Source: a virus. Taken from it: a DNA stretch of 64,000 bases. This document shows positions 41,445 through 51,573 of this stretch, piece by piece. The notes beneath the pieces are model-generated. The model was not told where the DNA came from and did no database searches. It saw only the letters and a program-made list of their open reading frames with translations. The translations under genes were made by a program, and so were the position numbers. The first letter of the stretch is position 1. Each line of letters starts with the position of its first letter. The stretch spans positions 25,345-89,344 of IMG/VR virus record IMGVR_UViG_3300008107_000157, one strand, 5' to 3'.

Positions 41445-43474
41445 TATAATGCCCTACCTTTTATGTCTTTATTTAAATATTTAACTTCAAATACACACGG
41501 GTCTAAAGATGGATAAATTATCTTACCCTTAGTAGCCTCATCTATATTATATTTGTTTGGTGAATAGTTACCATCTCCTCCACATAAATTATAAACTTTA
41601 ACCGATGGAACACTCATTACACCTTCTACATTTGCTAATATTAATTCAATTTCTGAAATGTTTATTGGTTTATTAAATGTCCATTTATCTATTTCAAAAT
41701 ATGATTGTAATTCAGTTAAGCAGTTTGCAACCACTTCTCTCTTATTATAATTTGAATAACAAATTACTTCAAAATCCAAGCCTACGTTTACTATGAATCC
41801 ATCAATAATATTAACTGCATCAGTTAACATTCTATATTCACCTAAATAGGTTTTTAGATTTTGTTTAACTGCCTGATTTAATTGAGTTAAGTTTTTATTT
41901 TCATCGTATCCCAAAACGTACATATTAATAGCAAATGGATTATTTACTTCTGCTATTGCTGTTTTCTTTTGAGAAAGATATTTAACTAATTCTTTTTGAA
42001 TTTCGCTTGTAGATTTATCTTTCATACTTTCTACAACACCAACAAATTCTGCTATATTTTTTGGAGATGCAAGAATTGATGATGGTGAGTTGTTATCGAT
42101 TTCACCATCAGGCGAAACATAAACTTTTGCAACACTACCATATCTTTCTGGTAAAGATAATGCTCTAACTACATAATCCTCTTTTGTTACTGCTCTATTT
42201 TGAGAACCAAACATTGCCAATGCGTTTTGTCTAACTTCTTCAATGGATTCAGCTCCTCTACCACCAACCGCAGGTTCATCGTTATTAACTGCTATCGATT
42301 CTTTCATAAATGAATATAAATTTCGGTCGGCATCTGTTGCGAATGATACTAAATCTTCTTCATATTCTATTTTAGTTATTCTATTTAATTCGTTTGAATT
42401 TATGTTAGAGGAAACTCCGCCGCCAACTAAATATTTAACAGTTAAAGTTGTATTTGTGGGTACTACTCCAAATGTATTTGTTTTTAAAAAGTTAGATGGG
42501 TCAATTCCTTGGTTTAACCTATTAACAGAATTAGCCAATCCCAATCCTACATTTTTTGTATTTGGAAGAATTATTTCATCTGCCATACTGGTATCACCGC
42601 TTCCAAATTGTAAATCTAATGTATTATCTGAATTTACTTTTACAGCGAATCTATATGGAACTTTTTGTATTTCTAAAATATATGGAACTACCGATGCTGA
42701 AGAACTTAGTTCTCCACCATTTGATTCCGTATTCGCTCTCTCAATAAAAACACTTTCTTGTGCTAAATATGGAACTTCATACCATTTTACGCTTCCATTA
42801 TTGGATGTTACAGATGATATGGCAATTATATTATCATCGGTTATTGTTACTTTTGGATATTCTTGATATGTTGTAAATGCAAATGATTGTTCTTTTTCAG
42901 TAGCAGATATTGCTTTTACTTTCTTAGTTAATAGGTAGAATGTTGGTTCACCTGTAATTTGATTTCTTTCTTGTACATCAACTTCTCTATCAGTTTTTAA
43001 AGAAAAATCAATCACATCGGTTGTTCTAAAAATAATATTAGAATCAGTATTAGAAGATATTTCCATACCTTCTTTTATTCTAAGGCAATATGATTCATCT
43101 GGTACATTTGAACTACCACTACCAATGGATGGAACTTGCTGATACACAGTCAATGTTGTTACTGCCGGTGTTGATATTTTTGGTTTATATCCCATTGTTT
43201 GAGCCAATGCAACAACGTTCTTTCTTTCAGAAGCATGTGCTAACATTGATTCCTTTAATTGTGTATCCTGATAGAAAGCCAATACATCACCGATAGCTGC
43301 CGCTTGTTCGATGAATACCATACCCGGAGATGCTTCGTTGAAATCCGAATAGGTATTTGGGAAATACGTTTTGGTATATTCGATAAGGTTTTCTTTTAAT
43401 GTAGCAAAATCTTTACCAACATAATTTATGTTTCTATTACTACCGAAATTCTTATCTTTTGGTTTTATCGCCAT
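41444..43474 (-). CDS. Baseplate wedge subunit (T4 gp6/baseplate J-like)
   Basis: KDFATLKENLIEY...YSDFNEASPG...LAFYQD; AVGGRGAESIEEVR, QNRAVTKEDY. Confidence 0.85.
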   Translation of the reverse strand: MAIKPKDKNFGSNRNINYVGKDFATLKENLIEYTKTYFPNTYSDFNEASPGMVFIEQAAAIGDVLAFYQDTQLKESMLAHASERKNVVALAQTMGYKPKISTPAVTTLTVYQQVPSIGSGSSNVPDESYCLRIKEGMEISSNTDSNIIFRTTDVIDFSLKTDREVDVQERNQITGEPTFYLLTKKVKAISATEKEQSFAFTTYQEYPKVTITDDNIIAISSVTSNNGSVKWYEVPYLAQESVFIERANTESNGGELSSSASVVPYILEIQKVPYRFAVKVNSDNTLDLQFGSGDTSMADEIILPNTKNVGLGLANSVNRLNQGIDPSNFLKTNTFGVVPTNTTLTVKYLVGGGVSSNINSNELNRITKIEYEEDLVSFATDADRNLYSFMKESIAVNNDEPAVGGRGAESIEEVRQNALAMFGSQNRAVTKEDYVVRALSLPERYGSVAKVYVSPDGEIDNNSPSSILASPKNIAEFVGVVESMKDKSTSEIQKELVKYLSQKKTAIAEVNNPFAINMYVLGYDENKNLTQLNQAVKQNLKTYLGEYRMLTDAVNIIDGFIVNVGLDFEVICYSNYNKREVVANCLTELQSYFEIDKWTFNKPINISEIELILANVEGVMSVPSVKVYNLCGGDGNYSPNKYNIDEATKGKIIYPSLDPCVFEVKYLNKDIKGRAL

Positions 43475-43481
43475 TCTCTAA

Positions 43482-43916
43482 TTATTTTATGTCTATTATT
43501 ACTGATGCTCCTACGTTACTATTTGATTTTAATGAAAATTGTATTTCCAATTGTATTTTATTGGTATCTATATCATTATCATCATAATCAAACAAAATAG
43601 TATCTATGTTTAAATATGGTAACCACGTATTTACTGCATCTAATATAGAATTTTCAATCTTAGATTCGATATCTCCCTCTATAATTGGTTCGAATATTAT
43701 TTTCCAAATATCACATCCAAATTCGGGTTGCATTAATCTTTCACCTTTTTTGGTTAGGATTAAGTTTTGTAAATTACTTTTTGCTTGATTAATAGATGTA
43801 AAGTTTACAGCAAACGCACCATTTGAATTCGATGTTTCGTTTATAGAAACTCCGAGAACTTTATAATCGTTTTCTTTTATATCCGTTACATTATATTTAC
43901 CAAGCTCTATTGCCAT
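43482..43916 (-). CDS. Baseplate wedge protein gp25-like
   Basis: NLQNLILTKKGERLMQPEFGC...WLPY. Confidence 0.85.
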   Translation of the reverse strand: MAIELGKYNVTDIKENDYKVLGVSINETSNSNGAFAVNFTSINQAKSNLQNLILTKKGERLMQPEFGCDIWKIIFEPIIEGDIESKIENSILDAVNTWLPYLNIDTILFDYDDNDIDTNKIQLEIQFSLKSNSNVGASVIIDIK

Positions 43917-43918
43917 TA

Positions 43919-44434
43919 TTAAAATCTTTTAACTAATTCCGAATAATCTCTCGTTAACGCTTTTGCTAAAACATCCACACCGGCATTATCCGTAGATGGA
44001 AGTTGGTGTGATGGCATATTTGCGTTTGAGTAACTCAATGTTTCCCAATCTTCTTCCATACTTCTTTCCGGTTGAATAGCATCTAAGATACTACCGCCTA
44101 CCATTCCGTTACTCATTCCTTCTGCTCTATGAGCGGATGTAAATGGTTGTGTCATATTTAACACTTCATTTAACATTGGATTCTTTGTAAATTCTTTTTG
44201 TGGTTTTTGTGTTGGTGTAACCTTTCTACTATTTTGTAAAGCTTGATTTGCTTTTTCAAATGGGTCAACTGCGATTGCTTCCTTTAAAGAAGGTGTTGTT
44301 GGCTTTGGCTTAGAACTATTTAATGTAATAGCACCGCTTTTAACAAGTCTAACAATTTCTTCTTTAACTTGCTGCTTTACCTCATTTTTAACAACCTCTT
44401 TAATGAGACCCAATAATACATCTGATTTTGACAT
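43919..44434 (-). CDS. Hypothetical protein
   Basis: 171-aa ORF preceded by the ATATTTAT motif. Confidence 0.6.
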   Translation of the reverse strand: MSKSDVLLGLIKEVVKNEVKQQVKEEIVRLVKSGAITLNSSKPKPTTPSLKEAIAVDPFEKANQALQNSRKVTPTQKPQKEFTKNPMLNEVLNMTQPFTSAHRAEGMSNGMVGGSILDAIQPERSMEEDWETLSYSNANMPSHQLPSTDNAGVDVLAKALTRDYSELVKRF

Positions 44435-44450
44435 AATAGATACTTTTTTA

Positions 44451-44458
44451 ATAAATAT
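44451..44458 (-). promoter_or_regulatory. Putative late promoter motif ATATTTAT
   Basis: 16 nt upstream of the ATG at 44434. Confidence 0.5.
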
Positions 44459-44476
44459 TGAAATAGAAAATTTAAT

Positions 44477-45025
44477 TTAATCCGGCACTTTATATCCACT
44501 CCATTGTACAACGCCTGGCGCAGGTGGTGCTGGGGGTGGGTATTGTGCTAATACTGAATATATTCCCGATACAGTCATCAAATGTAGTTTTGCTGAACGT
44601 ATGAATGCATCTAAAAATTGTTCGGGATTATTGTTTGGTGGAACTTTGGTAGCAGTCCAACTTCCCGGTTTTAATACAACTCCCATAGTAGTTGCTATAT
44701 TTTTTATAGAACCTGGAGCCGGTATCTTTGGTGGGGGTAATGGTGACATTTTTCCTCCAACCCAATATATGATAACAGCCGGGCCGACAACCTCTAAAAA
44801 TGTAAGTACTTTTGCTTTTTGTGTTTGCTCTAAAAATTGAATGATTGCTTCTTGCATTAAAACGGGGTTTCCTTTCAATAGTGGTACACCATTTATTGGG
44901 TCTTTGCCTGATTTAATTGCTATATCATATGCAAACGTAAATGCTTTTGCAAAATCACTAATACTCTGATAAGAGTTGTTTTGCATTTGTGGTAATAATG
45001 TCGATTTGAATGTTTTCCAAGACAT
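44477..45025 (-). CDS. Hypothetical protein adjacent to the baseplate spike
   Basis: Translationally coupled (TAATG) to the spike gene; Pro-rich. Confidence 0.55.
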   Translation of the reverse strand: MSWKTFKSTLLPQMQNNSYQSISDFAKAFTFAYDIAIKSGKDPINGVPLLKGNPVLMQEAIIQFLEQTQKAKVLTFLEVVGPAVIIYWVGGKMSPLPPPKIPAPGSIKNIATTMGVVLKPGSWTATKVPPNNNPEQFLDAFIRSAKLHLMTVSGIYSVLAQYPPPAPPAPGVVQWSGYKVPD

Positions 45026-46284
45026 TATGATTTACTTAAAAAGTTTTTAGCAGATAGTAGCGTTTTTAACTTCGATTTGATTGAAGTAAATTGTGCTACG
45101 TTTGTTGGTCCAACCGATGATGGGCCGGCAGGTGTTAAATATTGTTGCTTTGTTATAGCATCTATTAACTCACCCATTATTTTAACTAACTCACCACCTA
45201 ATACCATTTTTTGTACGGATGCACCTGCATCTCCTTCGCCTGTGTTCTTACCCAAATATACTTTACCATTATCTGAATTTAAAAATATTTGATTAGAACC
45301 TTCGGTATGGATGGTTATGTTTTTCTTATTGTGAAAGTATATTTCTTTTTCAGCATCAATTGAAAAGTTACCATCGGTTATTATGCCAGTATTACCTTTA
45401 CCAAACATAATAAATTCTTTTGCTTTAGCAGATAAAACTATTCTATCTGAATTTACAAATAATTGGTCTCCTTTAAAATCGGATGAAGATGGATATTCTT
45501 TAAATCCTTTCTTTTCTTTTTTTATTTCTTCTTTAAATGGAACTTTTACTTTATTAGATACAATGTATATTGATGTACCATCTTTGTTAATATCTTCTTC
45601 TACTAACTCACCAATCTTTTTATCATCAAACTCTGGGTTTTGTTTATTACGAATGAATATAGATGGAGATGATGTTTTACCATCTTCAGTTAGATGAAAC
45701 TCACTAAAACGAATTGTGTTACCAACTCTACCACTTATAATGGTATCGCCTTCTTTCGGATTTAAAAATTTAATTTTTTCGTTTATCTTATATTTTTTAG
45801 AATCTGATTTGGTTTGTGTTGGTTTTTGATTTGGCGTTCCGGTTGCTTTTGTTTCTTGGTAATTTTTATTTTTAGATTCGGTTGTATTTTTTGATATCTC
45901 TTTTTCTTTACCAACTTGAGATGTTTTATAATCCTCTCTGTAGTTTGGGTAGTGAGTATTGGAGTAAGGAAGCCAATAATAATCTCTACCAATTTCAATT
46001 ATCAAAACAGTCTCACCCAATATTGGATAAGTCATATTATTTTTATCAAATGGAAATGCGTATCCTTCATTAATAATAGCAGATTCTCTTGCAAATTCGA
46101 TAGCACCTAAAAAACGAATATCATTAGAATCAAAGTTTTTATTATCATTATATATTTTTATATAATCGTTTTCTTTATCTAATTCTTTATCCGATTTAAG
46201 ATATACTTTGGTTACTACCGCTAAATATGAGTGTATAACGGATGATGTACCACCTTCGTTGTTTGATGTTGGTTCGTTTGCCAT
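45025..46284 (-). CDS. Baseplate central spike/hub protein (gp5/GpV-like)
   Basis: YPILGETVLI OB-fold-like region, EGDTIISGRVGNTIRFS, beta-helix-like repeats, VLGGEL...TPAGPS. Confidence 0.6.
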   Translation of the reverse strand: MANEPTSNNEGGTSSVIHSYLAVVTKVYLKSDKELDKENDYIKIYNDNKNFDSNDIRFLGAIEFARESAIINEGYAFPFDKNNMTYPILGETVLIIEIGRDYYWLPYSNTHYPNYREDYKTSQVGKEKEISKNTTESKNKNYQETKATGTPNQKPTQTKSDSKKYKINEKIKFLNPKEGDTIISGRVGNTIRFSEFHLTEDGKTSSPSIFIRNKQNPEFDDKKIGELVEEDINKDGTSIYIVSNKVKVPFKEEIKKEKKGFKEYPSSSDFKGDQLFVNSDRIVLSAKAKEFIMFGKGNTGIITDGNFSIDAEKEIYFHNKKNITIHTEGSNQIFLNSDNGKVYLGKNTGEGDAGASVQKMVLGGELVKIMGELIDAITKQQYLTPAGPSSVGPTNVAQFTSIKSKLKTLLSAKNFLSKS

Positions 46285-46286
46285 TT

Positions 46287-46691
46287 TTATATTTTAGATT
46301 TTAATTCATCTAATTCTAATTTGATATCATCCAACTTTTCCTCATTTTTCTTTTCTACTTCATTGATGGTTTCTTCCATATCTTGTAGTAGTTGAGCTTT
46401 TTCGTTTTCACTTAACCAACCATCTTCACCAATGCCTTTAGCTTCAGCTGCTGCTAATCTTTGTGCAATTGTTGCCAATTTAATTAAATGGTCATCGTTT
46501 TTAACCGATACCTCAATAAGGTCTTTTATAATTGGAGCAATAACAGTTGCTTCACCAACGTTTTTAATTAATTTACGAAGTGATTCAATCAAATCGGAAA
46601 TGTTTTTCTTTTTGTTTTGTTGGTTTTCGTATATATCCTTAAACAATGATGATAGGTTTTTCCCATCAAACAATTGAAATTCTGCTGCCAT
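46287..46691 (-). CDS. Hypothetical helical protein
   Basis: 134-aa ORF in the operon. Confidence 0.6.
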   Translation of the reverse strand: MAAEFQLFDGKNLSSLFKDIYENQQNKKKNISDLIESLRKLIKNVGEATVIAPIIKDLIEVSVKNDDHLIKLATIAQRLAAAEAKGIGEDGWLSENEKAQLLQDMEETINEVEKKNEEKLDDIKLELDELKSKI

Positions 46692-46714
46692 AATTCGTTT
46701 TTATCTACTAATAA

Positions 46715-48412
46715 TTATTTACTTATCAAATAATTACCCAATACCAAATAATCCATATCGGAATTTAGGAATGTCCAAATAGCTTTTTGTGGGTCATTAG
46801 TCATTGTGTGTCCTCTTAAATTAAAGGATGTATTTAATAATATTGGTGTACCACTAACTTTCTTAAATTCTTTTAATAATGTGTGATATAGTTTGTTTTG
46901 TTTTTTAGTAACAGTGTGTATTCTAGCTGAACCATCAACGTGAGTTACTGATGGAATAGATTTATAGTTAGTTACTTTAACTACTTGATTCATATATGGA
47001 ACTTCTCCTTCCGATGTAAAATATTTTGCATATTCCTCTACCACAACGGATGGTGCAAAAGGTCTAAACAATTCTCTCTTTTTTACAACTCTATTTATCC
47101 TATCTCTAACATCTGGCAAATGTGGATTAGCCAATATAGAACGATTACCCAATGCTCTTGCACCAAATTCAGTTCTACCTTGAAACCAACCAACTACTGC
47201 TCCATCATTTATAAGTTTTGCAACCTTTTGACACAACATCTTTGTATCATCGTAAAAAACTGCGTTATGCGTAACTTCTTCTTTCAGTAAAATATTTGTT
47301 AATTGTTGATTACTCCACTCTGGTCCTAAGTATGGAGATTGGTTATCGCCACCATTTACTTTTGGATTACCCAATGTATTATGCCAATGATATAAACAAG
47401 CACCAATCGCAGAACCTGCATCCGATGGTGCAAATGGAATCCATAAATTACCAACGGGTGCATGCTTTTGTATTTTTCCATTAGCAGTACCATTATATGC
47501 AGAACCTCCACCTAATACTAAATTGGATGTGTTGGATTGTTGCATACAATTGTTTGTAAAGTAATAAAAACAACTCTCATACCATTTTTGTAATGCGGCA
47601 GCTAAATCCATATGATGTTGTTCTATTTTGGATTCAGGTTCGCGTGGTTCGATTCCGATAAGATTTACCAATTTATATGTGTACATATCGGTATTTGAGT
47701 ATTGCCAAGTAAAATACTTTTGTTCAATCTCTATACTACCACGAACATCAAATTTTGAAATCTTATCAAATACGTGTTTGTATTTCATCGGGTCACCATA
47801 TGGTGCTAACCCCATTACCTTATATTCTCCATTATTTGGTTTGAATCCTAAGTATGCGGTTATAGTTGAATAAACTAACCCCAATGAGTTTGGAAATTTT
47901 AGGGATGATATTTCTTCAAATGTATTATTCTTACATCTTACTACTAATGCAGTTTCCCATTCACCAACACCATCAACTGAAATACCTACGCAATCATCGA
48001 ATGGAGATGTGTAATATGAAAAGGCTAAATGTGAATGATGATGTTTTACATATTCTAATTTGCCTGTAAAGTTTAGTTTTTTAGCTAGATACACACTTAA
48101 ATTACCTTCGGTTTCTTCAAATTCTTTTTTGAATTGTTTCCAAATCTTACGATTTTTCCACCAATGTTTACCTACAGTGTTTTTTACCCTATCGTATTTT
48201 AAGTTGGGGTCTTCATACCAACAAATAGTATCTATATCAGATATCGTTTTGTTTGAATATTGTAAAACCCATTTAATCGCTTGTTTTGGAAATGAGTTAT
48301 CATGTTTTATGCCAGATAACTTTTCTTCTTCAATAGCTGCTATTACCTTTCCGTTTTCAAATAAACAAACGGCTGAATCGTGGTAAAATGCTGAAATACC
48401 TAATGAAACCAT
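46715..48412 (-). CDS. Carbamoyltransferase (NodU/CmcH/TobZ family)
   Basis: YHDSA, EEEK, HHHSH, DGVGE, EYKVMGLAPYG, DAGSAIGA, EFGARALGNRSILA, KKRELFRPFAP, HVDGSAR, LNTSFN. Confidence 0.92.
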   Translation of the reverse strand: MVSLGISAFYHDSAVCLFENGKVIAAIEEEKLSGIKHDNSFPKQAIKWVLQYSNKTISDIDTICWYEDPNLKYDRVKNTVGKHWWKNRKIWKQFKKEFEETEGNLSVYLAKKLNFTGKLEYVKHHHSHLAFSYYTSPFDDCVGISVDGVGEWETALVVRCKNNTFEEISSLKFPNSLGLVYSTITAYLGFKPNNGEYKVMGLAPYGDPMKYKHVFDKISKFDVRGSIEIEQKYFTWQYSNTDMYTYKLVNLIGIEPREPESKIEQHHMDLAAALQKWYESCFYYFTNNCMQQSNTSNLVLGGGSAYNGTANGKIQKHAPVGNLWIPFAPSDAGSAIGACLYHWHNTLGNPKVNGGDNQSPYLGPEWSNQQLTNILLKEEVTHNAVFYDDTKMLCQKVAKLINDGAVVGWFQGRTEFGARALGNRSILANPHLPDVRDRINRVVKKRELFRPFAPSVVVEEYAKYFTSEGEVPYMNQVVKVTNYKSIPSVTHVDGSARIHTVTKKQNKLYHTLLKEFKKVSGTPILLNTSFNLRGHTMTNDPQKAIWTFLNSDMDYLVLGNYLISK

Positions 48413-48416
48413 AATA

Positions 48417-49106
48417 TTAAATTTTTATATCACCTTCCCTATCAAATTCATTATAGAGTGCCATTTGTTTTTCTTTCATTTTGTTGACAACCTTAGTAAT
48501 GTAATGAGTAGGATACCCTGTCATTTCTCTAATAAGTAGGTATAATGATTTTTTGTTGAAACTTTCTATATAGTTTGCTCTTCTAAATAGTTCTAATACG
48601 GCATCTGCAATCTGAATATCTCTTTTCTTTTGAAAGAAGTTTTCTAAGTGTACATCCCAATATTGTAACATTCTATCGTTGAATGTTCTATGTTCTTCGT
48701 TACGAACTTCTTCCGCCCAATTGTTTTCGGTATCCCAATTATCAGGCAAAGATGACATTACATCGGTATCTTTATATCTTTTATAGTTTGAATTATTATT
48801 TAAGATAAGATAGTTTCTTGCAACAATAGTAAAATAAGAGAATGCCTTACCCTTACCTTCTTGATACATATGAATCTTTTCAACCATAAATGCAACAACT
48901 TCCGCCATCACATCTTGCGGGTCATCATCGAAGTAACTAAATTTCCATTTATTGTAAACTATTTCTGCAAGTTTATCAAATGAGTGTTGTATCCTATCCC
49001 TATATAATCTATTTTTTATATTTTGGTCATCGGTTTTATTATACTCAATGATAGCATCTTCTGTATCTTTTGTGAAATATATTCTGGGTACTCTTTTTCT
49101 AGGCAT
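48417..49106 (-). CDS. Phage sigma-factor-like protein (possible late sigma)
   Basis: Region-2-like DPQDVMAEVVAFMVEKIHMYQEGKGKAFSYFTIVARNYL; C-terminal HTH-like segment. Confidence 0.6.
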   Translation of the reverse strand: MPRKRVPRIYFTKDTEDAIIEYNKTDDQNIKNRLYRDRIQHSFDKLAEIVYNKWKFSYFDDDPQDVMAEVVAFMVEKIHMYQEGKGKAFSYFTIVARNYLILNNNSNYKRYKDTDVMSSLPDNWDTENNWAEEVRNEEHRTFNDRMLQYWDVHLENFFQKKRDIQIADAVLELFRRANYIESFNKKSLYLLIREMTGYPTHYITKVVNKMKEKQMALYNEFDREGDIKI

Positions 49107-49109
49107 TTT

Positions 49110-49349
49110 TTAGAATTGTTTGAATTGGGTGATGGTATCCTTTAATTGTACAAATAAAGAACCTACTTCATCATCCTTCTCAAACATTTGCTTAGAATCT
49201 ATTCTACGCAAAGTCTCCAGTAATGTTTGGTTATTTAACTCTTGCTGGTCTATAAAATCTTCATATCTTTCTACTTTAGATAATAAATTATAAACGGCAT
49301 ATACTAACGAAAGTATGATAAAAACTAATATTAAAATTACATATTCCAT
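49110..49349 (-). CDS. Small membrane-anchored protein
   Basis: N-terminal hydrophobic helix. Confidence 0.6.
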   Translation of the reverse strand: MEYVILILVFIILSLVYAVYNLLSKVERYEDFIDQQELNNQTLLETLRRIDSKQMFEKDDEVGSLFVQLKDTITQFKQF

Positions 49350-49350
49350 A

Positions 49351-49989
49351 TTATACTACTTCATATCCTTTTAAAAAATAATTGTTTGCTTTTTTGTATT
49401 TCACTTCAACAAAATCACCATTTGGTGCTTTCATAATAATCTTATCATTTCTACCATAAGATTGCTTTTTAGTAATCGTTGTTGAATATACTCTATCTTT
49501 AATGGTAATACCATCTAAATGGTCGATTTCGTGTTGTACAACGACGGTTTTCATTGTACCTTCTGACACTTGTCCTTCTAATTTTCTATCTTCTTCTGGC
49601 GTAATTTCGAATCGTAATTCACCTAAGTTATCAGTTTGTACAACTACATATGTAGAACGTAATGTTCTAACGGGCTTTTTAATTGTATCTGGCATAGATA
49701 AACATCCTTCATAAAAGATGAAACCTTCATTAGAACGTTCTGTGATAACAGGGTTTAAAAGAAATAGTTCAACATCATTAAATTTAATGACACATGCTCT
49801 TTTATTTACTCCAATTTGATTAGCCGATAATCCTACACCCCCCATTCCTTTTAATGCGGCAAATAGTGTATCTCTTAATATATCGACTTCTAATTGATTT
49901 AATTCCGATTTTGGTACTGGGGTTTTTAAGTATTTAGTAAAATCGGAATTAGTCATTCCATTTTGTTTTTTGTCTGTAATTAATTTCAT
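49351..49989 (-). CDS. def: Peptide deformylase
   Basis: GVGLSANQIG, EGCLS, QHEIDHLDG. Confidence 0.93.
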   Translation of the reverse strand: MKLITDKKQNGMTNSDFTKYLKTPVPKSELNQLEVDILRDTLFAALKGMGGVGLSANQIGVNKRACVIKFNDVELFLLNPVITERSNEGFIFYEGCLSMPDTIKKPVRTLRSTYVVVQTDNLGELRFEITPEEDRKLEGQVSEGTMKTVVVQHEIDHLDGITIKDRVYSTTITKKQSYGRNDKIIMKAPNGDFVEVKYKKANNYFLKGYEVV

Positions 49990-49994
49990 ATTAC

Positions 49995-50105
49995 TTATTT
50001 TGTTAGTATAATATATCCAATTGTTAATATTAATCCAACAATTGCATAAAAAGATGTATCTTTTGAAAATTTGATTTGTTCTGGTCTTTTTCCTTGGTTT
50101 TCCAT
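49995..50105 (-). CDS. 36-aa membrane peptide (not in ORF track)
   Basis: MENQGKRPEQIKFSKDTSFYAIVGLILTIGYIILTK fills the gap between two genes. Confidence 0.55.
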   Translation of the reverse strand: MENQGKRPEQIKFSKDTSFYAIVGLILTIGYIILTK

Positions 50106-50106
50106 A

Positions 50107-50316
50107 TTATTTTTGTTTAAGTCCATATTTTATCCATTTATACCAAAATCTTTCATGTAAAAAGTATATAATTGGTTTTACTATTAATTCACCCAATCCA
50201 ACCATTCCTGCCCACTTAATTGGTAAGCCAGCTGCTATTGTTAATATTATAGTGGTTATAGTTCCAATAAATCTATAACTTATACTCTTAGCTATGTGTC
50301 TCTTTACCTGTGGCAT
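50107..50316 (-). CDS. DUF2061-like membrane protein
   Basis: RHIAKSISYRFIGT...IYFLHERFW. Confidence 0.75.
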   Translation of the reverse strand: MPQVKRHIAKSISYRFIGTITTIILTIAAGLPIKWAGMVGLGELIVKPIIYFLHERFWYKWIKYGLKQK

Positions 50317-50653
50317 CTATTTCTCCTTTTCTAATTTTAGTTCCGCTTATTTCAGCAATTTCAGTTGGTGGTTCGTGGTATATTACATCGTAACCAACGC
50401 CTCTACCATAGTTTACCGATTCGATATCAGGAATAATTGAAATCATAATTTTATCCCAATTATTTTGGAAAAATGATTCGTTTTGTAACATAGTTAAAAC
50501 TTCTTGTGCTGATTTAGGATTGTTCTCATCTTTTTGAACATCTCTAATTGCAACCCATACATTTTTTCCGTTATCCATTTGTTGGCGGATTAACCATTCG
50601 TGTCCTTTATGCCAATTCTGCCATCTCCCTATGAATAGTGCGTACTTTTTCAT
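50288..50653 (-). CDS. Nucleotidyltransferase (cytidylyltransferase-like, HxGH family)
   Basis: FIGRWQNWHKGH, YGRGVGY, ISGTKIR. Confidence 0.75.
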   Translation of the reverse strand: MKKYALFIGRWQNWHKGHEWLIRQQMDNGKNVWVAIRDVQKDENNPKSAQEVLTMLQNESFFQNNWDKIMISIIPDIESVNYGRGVGYDVIYHEPPTEIAEISGTKIRKGEIDATGKETHS

Positions 50654-51551
50654 TTATAGTATTTTTTAAATAAGGTAATATTGCTAATTCCTTTCCTTTT
50701 GCTTCAACCATAATGTCCAAATCCAACTCGTATGTATTGGGGAGGGCATTAATAAGATAGGAATGTGCTTGCGGTTTTTCTTTTGGGTTGTTTTCATGCA
50801 ATGCCTTTGATTCTGAATAATGAACTTCTTGTCTAATATCTTCTGGCCAAGTCGTTGCTGCTAACTTTAATGCCTGCTCTTCTGATAAATCGCCTGTACA
50901 AAATTGGTGATGATGGTAATCAAATACGATAGGAATGCCTGTATTTTCATGTATATACATCAAATCTCTAACTGAATACATAGATGCCTTATCATCATTC
51001 TCTATTGTAAGTCTATTTTGAACCGATTTAGAGAGTCTTTTAAAGTTTTGGATGAACCTATCCATAGCAGATTGTTTATCTCCGTAAACACCATTACAAT
51101 GGATATTAATGTTATTGTATGGAGTTTTAGATAACCCCATCATATCAAATATCTTACCATGTAGTTCTAAATCAGTAATTGCGTTAGTTACAACTGTTTC
51201 ATTTGGTGAAGTTAATACACAAAATGGACCTGGATGTGAATTTATACGCATATCCCAAAAATTTGCAAAATCACCTGCTTTTTTGAGTTCTGATTTGATT
51301 TGTTTGTAATCTTTAAGTTGGGTTAAGTCGATATGGTCGCCCCAAGGTATGATTGCGGAAGATAATCGGAAGAATTTGATACCATTTATCCTATTCCATT
51401 CTAAAATCTTAATAATATCACTTGCATTAGCTAATGCCAGTTCAGAAACGTAATCTAAACCTTTTGATTGAAAAGTTTTTTTAATCATTGTACGATTGGT
51501 AGAAACTTTCTTACCCATCGACATATTAATACAAGCGTATCCTAAGTTCAT
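50607..51551 (-). CDS. uvsE: UV damage endonuclease
   Basis: LGYACIN, FFRLSS, HPGPF, INIH, LTIENDD, VFDYHHH, VHYSES, HS, DIMVEAKGKE. Confidence 0.92.
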   Translation of the reverse strand: MNLGYACINMSMGKKVSTNRTMIKKTFQSKGLDYVSELALANASDIIKILEWNRINGIKFFRLSSAIIPWGDHIDLTQLKDYKQIKSELKKAGDFANFWDMRINSHPGPFCVLTSPNETVVTNAITDLELHGKIFDMMGLSKTPYNNINIHCNGVYGDKQSAMDRFIQNFKRLSKSVQNRLTIENDDKASMYSVRDLMYIHENTGIPIVFDYHHHQFCTGDLSEEQALKLAATTWPEDIRQEVHYSESKALHENNPKEKPQAHSYLINALPNTYELDLDIMVEAKGKELAILPYLKNTINEKVRTIHREMAELA

Positions 51552-51573
51552 ATTTAAAGTTTATTAGTTTTAT

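Noticed and set aside
50607-50653. 47-nt overlap between uvsE and the nucleotidyltransferase as a further deletion
   Set aside because: Both proteins keep all expected motifs; simple stop-codon drift is sufficient
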